Sequence record: OQ718158.1
Length of the DNA stretch: 64,000 nt
Reading direction: 5' to 3' (one strand)
A program made the position numbers and the translations under genes. Shown here one piece after another: positions 18,184 through 26,500 of the stretch; positions within the stretch are counted from its first letter, which is position 1, and each line of letters starts with the position of its first letter. The notes below the pieces were generated by a model. That model did not search any database. It had not been told where the DNA came from and saw only the letters and a program-made list of their open reading frames with translations.

Positions 18184-18414
18184 ATGGAACAAGAACCAGA
18201 AAAAATTCAACTAACACTAATCGACCTAATCAACGCTGCTAAAATCATGGAAGCTGCTGTGGCTCGTAATTCATTTAAAGTCGAAGAACTTGTTGATGTT
18301 GCTCCAGTCGTATCTAAGTTTGTTGAGTTTGCTAACTCTGCACTCGAAGATATCAAAGCACAAGAAGAAGCTGATGCTGCACAAGCTGCTGCTGAACAAA
18401 ATAAAGGAGAATAA
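18184..18414 (+). CDS. small helical hypothetical protein
   Basis: ATG 18184 after GGAG; 76 aa; ORF track 18085..18414. Confidence 0.75.
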   Translation: MEQEPEKIQLTLIDLINAAKIMEAAVARNSFKVEELVDVAPVVSKFVEFANSALEDIKAQEEADAAQAAAEQNKGE

Positions 18415-18416
18415 TA

Positions 18417-19070
18417 ATGGCTATTCGTCACGTTGGTGTAGTACGTAATACGGGTTCACGAGTATTTGTGGTATGGCGTTCACTCCCTGATGATCCAGAA
18501 CATTGTCTCATTGTTTATCGCGACTCACTTCCTGAAGCATATGCTCAATCTGTTGCAGATTTAGTAATGAATCAAGGTCAATCGAATGTGGATTTGTGGG
18601 AAGTTATGCATAAGATTGGTCATCTAGACGGTCGCAAAATGCTAGATGTTCTTCATAATCTACAACATTTGCGTCGTGCACGTACTTGTGATATTGATAT
18701 GCATGTTGGTGGAAACAGTAAGATTTCTCTTGATGTTCTAAACAACGCAATCAATGATAATGATGCTAAAAAACATGAAGATGGTAAAGTTAAAGAATAC
18801 AACCCATTCAAGCCACAAGAAGTTGATACTTCTGTTGAAGAAGCTACCATTGTTGAGCAACTACTTAAAGATGCACAACGTTATGAGCAGTTGGCTAAAG
18901 AGCACTTTGAACGTGCTTACAACTTAGAACCATCTCTACGTCCACAAGTTCAAGCAACACCTGGAGCACCTGATAGCAAAACTTTCTATATTGAAATCCC
19001 AGAAGGAATTTCACAAACCAAAGCAATTGAGAAAGTTAAACAGGCATTTGCAGAACGTAAAGCAAAATAA
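18417..19070 (+). CDS. conserved large-myophage hypothetical protein
   Basis: 217 aa; RHVG...VVWRSLPDDPEHCLIV pattern recalled from giant myophage hypotheticals; GGAG SD. Confidence 0.7.
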   Translation: MAIRHVGVVRNTGSRVFVVWRSLPDDPEHCLIVYRDSLPEAYAQSVADLVMNQGQSNVDLWEVMHKIGHLDGRKMLDVLHNLQHLRRARTCDIDMHVGGNSKISLDVLNNAINDNDAKKHEDGKVKEYNPFKPQEVDTSVEEATIVEQLLKDAQRYEQLAKEHFERAYNLEPSLRPQVQATPGAPDSKTFYIEIPEGISQTKAIEKVKQAFAERKAK

Positions 19071-19075
19071 TATAA

Positions 19076-19672
19076 ATGAATAAAATAGAATTAGATGAAG
19101 CAATCAATGGTTTATCTAATGTATGTTTCAGTGGCGGGGCAGCAGGTGCTGACCGCCTTTTTTCTATCTATGCAAAAGACAATGGATTTGAAGTAATAAA
19201 TTTTTCATTCAAGGGTCACCAAAGCAGCGTAGATGAAAATACTATATTAGAAATTCCACCCAATATCCTTTGTGATAGTTCAATATTAAAACAATTAAAC
19301 ATTGCATGTTACTCTTTACGCCGTAAAGTTCCTAAGCCTGGTTCGTATGTATATAACTTACTTGCAAGGAATAGTTACCAGATACTTAATACAAAAAGAG
19401 TATATTGTATTGCAAATATTACATCACCTACGCAAGTTTCAGGTGGAACTGCATGGGCCGTACAGATGTATATGGATTCAGTTGACAATCCAGAAATATA
19501 TTGTTATGATATGAACACTCGCTCTGTATTTTATTATGATACAGTACTGAAAGAGTTTACTGAAACATTCTCAATACCAGCACCACACGGTAACTGGACT
19601 GGGATTGGTTCACGTAATGCTACACAAAAACACATGGAACACTTTATTACATTTTTCAAGGACGTAAAATGA
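19076..19672 (+). CDS. SLOG-superfamily (DprA/YspA-like) nucleotide-binding protein
   Basis: FSGGAAGAD signature near the N-terminus; SGGTAWAV and TGIGSR motifs. Confidence 0.65.
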   Translation: MNKIELDEAINGLSNVCFSGGAAGADRLFSIYAKDNGFEVINFSFKGHQSSVDENTILEIPPNILCDSSILKQLNIACYSLRRKVPKPGSYVYNLLARNSYQILNTKRVYCIANITSPTQVSGGTAWAVQMYMDSVDNPEIYCYDMNTRSVFYYDTVLKEFTETFSIPAPHGNWTGIGSRNATQKHMEHFITFFKDVK

Positions 19673-20598
19673 AACAACTACAAGAACTATATCAAAGAAT
19701 TCTGGATCAAGGTGTCGAAAGCGTTGATCGTACTGGTGTTGGCACTATCAAGCTAATCGGACAACAAATGCGTTTTGACCTAAAAGAAGGTTTCCCAGCA
19801 GTAACTACTAAACGTTTGGCTTGGAAAGCAATGACTTCAGAATTGTTATGGTTTATTGAAGGTTCTCACGATGAGCGTCGTCTGTGTGAAATTTTACACG
19901 GGACACGTGATGTAGAAAAGAAAACAATTTGGACAGACAACTACCTTAATCAAGGTGTAAGCCTTGGTTATTCTGATGGTGAGCTTGGCCCAGTTTATGG
20001 TAAACAATGGCGTGAATGGGAAGATTATAAATTCAGTTCCAGTACTGAAGAAATTCAAGAACTAAAAGATAAAGGGTATAAAGTTATTGATTATACTGGT
20101 TCACATGGTGTTATTATGCGTCGTGTAACTGACCAGCTAAAACAAGTTATTGAAGGTATCAATACTGATCCATACGGTCGTCGTCACATTCTAAGTGCAT
20201 GGAACGTTGGTGAGCTTGATGCTATGACTTTGCCACCCTGTCATAGCTTTGTGCAGTTTTGTGTTGTACAGGGTAAACTAAGTTGTATTCTTCATCAACG
20301 TAGTGCTGATCTATTCCTTGGTGTGCCATTTAATATTAGTAGTTACTCACTACTAACTCATATGATTGCACAAATTACAGGGTTAGATGTTGGTGAATTT
20401 ATTTGGAATGGTGGCGACTGCCATATCTACCAAAACCATATTGAACAAGTAAAAGAGCAACTCCAACGTGAACCACGTACATTACCAGAATTATGGCTAG
20501 ATCCTACTATTACTGATATTGAAGATTTCACTATGGATTCTTTCAAATTAGTTAATTACGATCCAATGCCAACAATCAAAGCACCAATGGCTGTATAA
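19669..20598 (+). CDS. thyA: thymidylate synthase
   Basis: TTKRLAWK, LGPVYGKQWR, LPPCH (catalytic Cys), QRSADLFLGVPFN, GDCHIYQNH; uninterrupted. Confidence 0.98.
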   Translation: MKQLQELYQRILDQGVESVDRTGVGTIKLIGQQMRFDLKEGFPAVTTKRLAWKAMTSELLWFIEGSHDERRLCEILHGTRDVEKKTIWTDNYLNQGVSLGYSDGELGPVYGKQWREWEDYKFSSSTEEIQELKDKGYKVIDYTGSHGVIMRRVTDQLKQVIEGINTDPYGRRHILSAWNVGELDAMTLPPCHSFVQFCVVQGKLSCILHQRSADLFLGVPFNISSYSLLTHMIAQITGLDVGEFIWNGGDCHIYQNHIEQVKEQLQREPRTLPELWLDPTITDIEDFTMDSFKLVNYDPMPTIKAPMAV

Positions 20599-20601
20599 AA
20601 G

Positions 20602-20629
20602 AAAAGGGAGACTTATGTCTCCCTTTTTT
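20602..20629. terminator. bidirectional terminator
   Basis: AAAAGGGAGAC-TTAT-GTCTCCCTTTTTT between convergent genes. Confidence 0.85.
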
Positions 20630-20630
20630 A

Positions 20631-22595
20631 TTATCTTAATGTAACCAGTGTACGTCCGGCAAATCTCACATCAGGAGTTGCAGGAATACTGAACACTACG
20701 CTTGTTCCATTGAATGTGACACTATCAACTTCAACACGAGTGTAAACACCAGTACTTACGAGTTCTTGAATTTCAGCAGTTACTATGTTACTAGCAGTTA
20801 CTGTTAATGTGTAATATGAGCCGTTTAAAACCCACGCTGACGCAGTAAACGGGTCAGTACGTACAGAACCAGAACCAATTGGAACCCATTGTCCTTGGAC
20901 CTTCTGCATCGATGTACGTTCGGTATTTGAGTATGCAATCATACCATCAACACCAACTGAGTTATCAATTGTAGCCAGTACTGGTAATTGAATACCATAT
21001 CGGTTGAAACGAGTACGAATAACACCGTTATCATATATACTTACATCAGCATAACTTCCCATAGTGAAACGTAAGTCTGCACCAAGTAGTTTTATATCAC
21101 TTTGGTTTGTAGTACTTTCTAATGTGAATACACCATTCTCTAGTAAGTTTATGTTTTTGAATTTGTTATTAGTTCCATTGAAATTAGTATTTGCATTATA
21201 AGTACTAACACCATTAACTGTAATAGTGTCACCAGTAGTGTCACCTAGTGTTGTATTACCTTTAACAACTAAATTCCCGCTGGCATTGATGTTACCTGCG
21301 TTTAAATCACCAGTTAGTGATGTTGAACCATCTACAATAATATTTCCATGAAAATGTGATTCACCATTTTTAAATTCAACTTGAACTTTATTCATTGAAC
21401 TTAAAGAAATAATATTACTACTTGCACTTATCCCTACGTTTGTGTTTGATGCATTATCAAAACGTATTACTGGCGTAGCTGCTGGTGTAGCGGTAGTTTG
21501 GAATAATGTTAATGTTCCATTATTAATTCTAACACGCTCAGTTCCGGCTGTTGTAAAACCAATTGCATCATCTGCTGGATGGAATATACCAGTATTAGCA
21601 TCGGACCACTTAGTTGGGTCATTACCTGGGTTGTTCGTTGGGTCAAACGGATTATTATTAAATGTCAATGCTGGTGCTGCTGCACTGCCATACACCACCC
21701 CAAAACGCCCAGAGCCGTCTGTTCCATCATTATACATGGAATCGCCAGTTCTACGTAAACACTCAATCACAACGTTATCTATGGATGTTTGAACGGTCCC
21801 TGCGTTTGTTCTAAATTGGCGATGATTTGCAATCATTACAGTATTGTCATATAATACTGAAGCAGCGGAAATGCTTGTTCTTGACTGACGAAGACGTATA
21901 TTCTTATCTTCAGTTATAATAATCCAATCACCATCTGAAAGTGCAGTTTGGTTCATTGGAACACCAGATGCAAATGGTTTGGTCAAGTCAGTATCTGTTG
22001 CTAAATTTTCAAGGCCATCATGTCCAGTACTGGGAATAGATGCAGTAATAATTCTAGCAAAAGCGTATGTTACTAGTTTAGCACCAGATATATTTGGATT
22101 AGAGTCAACATAATATAAAATTTCAATCCAATTACCTTGTCCAGTTGGATTTGTAGGTGTAAATGTAACAGGACTTGTTTGTGGATTATTTGCTTCATAA
22201 TGTGCTTGTGCTGCATCCATTATACCACGAACGACATAATAATCACCATTAAGCGATGGTGATGGTGCTGGTAGTGGAGTTTGTGCTAAAGGTGGATCGA
22301 TATCATCTGGGATGGGATTATATGTACCAACAAATTGTAAACCACTAGTTACTGAATCTGGTAATTGGGAAGTAAGAAGTTTACCGTTTGCATCTAGGTT
22401 TGCAAAACGTCGATATGCCATTGAACCATCTTCAAAGTCTAGTACACCTTCAAATGCTTTCCATCCTTTATTGTATCTAATCATCCCTGATCTAACCACA
22501 TCAGCGGTTTCTTTAGTCGGTGCTTTAGGTAATTCTAGAAATGCCTGACTATCTATAATTACACCACCATCACCTCTAATTCGATTTATACTCAT
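20631..22595 (-). CDS. virion structural / tail fibre-like protein
   Basis: 654 aa; LDANGKLLTSQLP and GIFHPADDAIGFTTAGTER fibre-type motifs; G/T/N-rich beta repeats; late promoter upstream. Confidence 0.6.
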   Translation of the reverse strand: MSINRIRGDGGVIIDSQAFLELPKAPTKETADVVRSGMIRYNKGWKAFEGVLDFEDGSMAYRRFANLDANGKLLTSQLPDSVTSGLQFVGTYNPIPDDIDPPLAQTPLPAPSPSLNGDYYVVRGIMDAAQAHYEANNPQTSPVTFTPTNPTGQGNWIEILYYVDSNPNISGAKLVTYAFARIITASIPSTGHDGLENLATDTDLTKPFASGVPMNQTALSDGDWIIITEDKNIRLRQSRTSISAASVLYDNTVMIANHRQFRTNAGTVQTSIDNVVIECLRRTGDSMYNDGTDGSGRFGVVYGSAAAPALTFNNNPFDPTNNPGNDPTKWSDANTGIFHPADDAIGFTTAGTERVRINNGTLTLFQTTATPAATPVIRFDNASNTNVGISASSNIISLSSMNKVQVEFKNGESHFHGNIIVDGSTSLTGDLNAGNINASGNLVVKGNTTLGDTTGDTITVNGVSTYNANTNFNGTNNKFKNINLLENGVFTLESTTNQSDIKLLGADLRFTMGSYADVSIYDNGVIRTRFNRYGIQLPVLATIDNSVGVDGMIAYSNTERTSMQKVQGQWVPIGSGSVRTDPFTASAWVLNGSYYTLTVTASNIVTAEIQELVSTGVYTRVEVDSVTFNGTSVVFSIPATPDVRFAGRTLVTLR

Positions 22596-22629
22596 TTAAA
22601 TATTTCCTCAGAATAGATTATATATTAAG

Positions 22630-22635
22630 TATTTA
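22630..22635 (-). promoter_or_regulatory. late promoter-like TAAATA
   Basis: TATTTA on +, upstream of the start at 22595. Confidence 0.6.
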
Positions 22636-22643
22636 TTTTAGAT

Positions 22644-22673
22644 AAAAGAAAAGGCCAACCATAGTTGACCTTT
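22644..22673 (-). terminator. rho-independent terminator
   Basis: minus strand AAAGGTCAAC-TATG-GTTGGCCTTTTCTTTT. Confidence 0.75.
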
Positions 22674-22685
22674 AAAAAATATAAA

Positions 22686-23465
22686 TTAACGAGTACGCTC
22701 AGGAATATCAATACCTTCATATACCCAAATTGCAGCTTGTTGTGCTTTATAAATTGCATCAGGATCTAAATCATCAACTGCATCAATGTCAGCACATTGC
22801 TTATTACACTCTGCAAATAGAGATTCAACCATAGCAAATGCTTCAGTGTATAGTTGAGTCATTTCAGCAGCAGATAGTTTTACAATTGCGTCATCAAGGA
22901 AAATCGAAACGCTATCAGAACCGGAAGTTACTTGTGTATAATAATTAAGAAGCATTTGACGACCAGCTAGATCAGTACTATAACGATGACCGTTAAACAT
23001 ATAACCAGCATTAATACGATCACTACGAGATGATACTGTGCGTGCTTTCAGATCAGATTTAACTGCTGCAATGTCCATATCAACATAATTATAAGTTTTC
23101 AGTACTGTTAACTCTTTATATTCACCTTCTGCTTCTTCTAAGAATGTGATGACTGGTTGATTACTATCTTGTAGTTTAATATATTCCAAATTCTCATTAA
23201 TTGCGTTCACATTACCAACATTCTTATATTCCAACCACCAGAAACCCTCTTCTTTACGAACAGCGTTATTAGGTTCAATTTCAGAACCATCTTTACTTGA
23301 AATACCATAAAGTGCACGAATATCGCTGTACAAATAACGATATGTTTGTTCATCATCAGGAGTTGCCCCAGGGCGTTCTTTTAAACCCTTAACACCAACT
23401 GGGTTGGAGATGATGTTACCCAATTCATAATTTTCTTTAGAACTACCTTTTACATATGTAAACAT
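22686..23465 (-). CDS. tail fibre assembly/chaperone-like protein (DUF4376-like C-terminus)
   Basis: RINAGYMFNGHRYSTD..GRQML...VKLSAAEM..L; directly downstream of the giant fibre gene. Confidence 0.6.
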   Translation of the reverse strand: MFTYVKGSSKENYELGNIISNPVGVKGLKERPGATPDDEQTYRYLYSDIRALYGISSKDGSEIEPNNAVRKEEGFWWLEYKNVGNVNAINENLEYIKLQDSNQPVITFLEEAEGEYKELTVLKTYNYVDMDIAAVKSDLKARTVSSRSDRINAGYMFNGHRYSTDLAGRQMLLNYYTQVTSGSDSVSIFLDDAIVKLSAAEMTQLYTEAFAMVESLFAECNKQCADIDAVDDLDPDAIYKAQQAAIWVYEGIDIPERTR

Positions 23466-23488
23466 ATAACTACCTCACTTGTTAAGAT

Positions 23489-23520
23489 GGTGTCACCATA
23501 ATTGATGACACCGTTTTTTT
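23489..23520 (+). terminator. hairpin with T-run on the antisense (+) strand
   Basis: GGTGTCACCA-TAAT-TGATGACACC-GTTTTTTT. Confidence 0.45.
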
Positions 23521-23530
23521 ATTATAATTA

Positions 23531-26500
23531 TTAAGCAGTACGTTGTGCAATGAACAAATCAGTAACTGGACTTACACCATCATAAATTACTTGGTAAATG
23601 GTCACGCTACCAGCAGTTTTGTTTAGTTCACCATCAACAACAGCATAAGTACCATCAGTTGTAAAGTTTCTGTTACCAGTTGCATCTTGTTTAACATAGA
23701 TGTATACTGATGCAGCTTTACCGCCACCAATTAGGCCAGTAATTGGAGCCAACGTGGTATCTTGGTCTAGAGTGATGAAGTATACGTTACTTGTACCATC
23801 TGGAGTCCATGTTCCGGTTGGAGCAATTACTGATGATGTAACTTGAGTTGGGATTACATCATACTTTTTGGTAGTTACTGTTGTAGTAGTTAAGTTAGCA
23901 TTAGTAGTGGTTAGTTCACCAGTCACTGTTACTGCCTTATCAAACACAGCATTTTCTTTAAATGATGAAGTTGCATTAACGGTTAGAACGTCAGCCGCTG
24001 CGTCACCTAATGTTACGTTACCATTCACAGTTAGTGCTCCACCTACTGTTGCGTTACCAGTAATGGATGCACTTGCAAGTGTAGCCAAACCTGATGTTGT
24101 AATTGTAGAAACGGTTGTTGCAGCGAATCCAGCAGTACCAGTTGCAGTGATATTGCCACCCACTGTTATGTTACCCGCAGTGGTCACTGCACCAGTGATA
24201 TTTGCACCACTTGACATAGTTACTAAACCACCAAATGAACCAGTAGTAGTAACTTCTAAAGTATTACCTTTAAGTAATCCAGTTGCAGTGATGGAAGTAC
24301 CAGCAGTAATTGCAGTACCTGCACTTAATGTGGTTCCAGCAGCTACGTTGTTAGCTGCAGTCAAAGACTTAACAGCTACATCGGAATCTGCTTGGTTCAA
24401 TTGTGCATTTAGTACGCCAGTAACAGTGAAGTTACCGTTGTTTACAACGTTACCATTAACGATTAGGTTGTTGTTTTGTGAACCGACTTCACCAATGGTT
24501 GCAGCCTTGGATATAAGTGATGCACCAGATGTAATATCACTTGCTGCCTGTATTGTTTGTTCGGCAACAATTGCATATGGTTCAATTGTTTGACCACTAA
24601 CATCAATATCAGCATTTATACCACCGTCAACACGCAAGGAACCTGCGATGAACGTATTTGGAAAAATCTGTACTGTTTCTGGGTTTTCACCAGTTTGTGT
24701 ACCAATTACAACATTTGCTCCAGTTTTCACTGCACCAGCAGTTGTGATAGAACCGAGTGTAGTAGCACCAGTTACTGATAGTGTTCCACCTATGGTTGCA
24801 TTGTTTGTTACTATTAAGCCAGTACCTGTACCATTAAAGGTAGACGATGGTGCTGAAATTGCACCAGTAACACCAAGAGAACCACCAACAGTTGCATTAC
24901 CATCTGAATGAATGGTTGTTGCGACAGAAATACTATTTGCAACAACATCAGTACTGGAAAGATCCAAACTACCAGGAGTTAATGTACCAGCAACAGTTAC
25001 ATCATCACTGAATGTAGCTGCACCAGTTACACCTAGTGTAGTACTAAAGTTACCGGATGTTGATGTAATACCAGATGTTACAATAGATCCCGCAGTTGCA
25101 GTTCCAGTTACATCAAGTGTTCCACCTATGGTTGCATTATTAGTAACAGATAGAGCAGTTCCTGAACCATTTAGTGTTACAGATGGAGCAGATACTACAC
25201 CAGTTACACCCAAATCGCCACCAACAGTTGTGTTACCGTCGGAATGCATGGTTGTTGCTACAGAAATACTATTTGCAGTAATATCAGATGATGCTAAATT
25301 CAAACCACCAGCAGGTGTAAATGTACCATTTACGGTTACATCCCCAGTAAAGGTTGAATCTCCTGACACATCAACTGTTGTTGTCGAAACACCACCATTT
25401 AAGTTTGTTAAACCAGTGACACTTAGTGTTCCACCAACCGTTGCGTTGTTGTTAACAGTTAAGCCAACACCTGGTCCAGTTAAGGACGCAGAAGGACTTG
25501 TTATTGCCCCACCAAAAGATGCAGTTCCAACAGAACTTATAGTTGTGGAAGATGATAATGATTTAACTTCAACATCAGATGCTGATAAATCAACACCACC
25601 ACTTGCAGTAAGTAATCCATCAACTTGTAAGGTTCCACCAAGTGTTGCTGCACCAGTACTAGATAGTGTATTTGTACTTACTGATGTTGCAGACAAACTA
25701 CCAGTATTAACAGTACCTAGTGTTGTTATGCCAGTTACGTTTAATGTACCATTTAAAACAGACGCCTTTGTAACAGACAAACTATCAATTGTAGCTGGAC
25801 CAGAAACATCGATAGTTTCTGCATCTAAACTACTTAATGTTGATGCACCAATTACATTAAGTGTTGTTGCAGCTTCTACACTGTTTACCACAAGATCAGC
25901 ACCAGCAAGATTCAAACCACCTTCTGGTATAAATTCACCTTTAACAGTTAATTTCTGAACAGTACTGTCACCTGAAATATCCAACGCAGATGCTGCTACG
26001 CCACCATTAAATGTACTTTGACCAGTAACTGCTAAAGTTGTTCCAACTGTTGCACTGTTTAGTGCTGCATTACCACTTATTGATGCGGCAGGTGCGGTTA
26101 TTGTACCTTCATCCAACTGCAACCCACCAGAAACAACTTGAACACCACCAGTTGCTACTGTAACTTTACCAGCGGTATTAACAGTACCAGATGTGGATAC
26201 TGCACCGACAAGAGTTGAAGTACCATTAACTGTCAAATTACCAGAAATTTCAGGACTACCAGTAACAATACCAGTTGTTAGAACCAAATCTCCACCAACA
26301 GTTGTTGAACCAGTACTTGCTAGTGTTGAAGCTGTGATATCAGCGGAACTTAGATCAATAGATCCATCAACACTAATATCCCCACCAACATGCACGTTTC
26401 CTAATGAATCTAACGATTTAACGGTCACATCAGTTGTGCTTAAGTCAATTATACCAGCAGTTAGTGTGCCAGATACAGCCAAATCACCAGTGATTGCAGT

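Noticed and set aside
19669-20598. Intron or intein in thyA (as in T4 td)
   Set aside because: The ORF is continuous with all motifs; it has only a loop insertion of about 25 aa after GKQWR.
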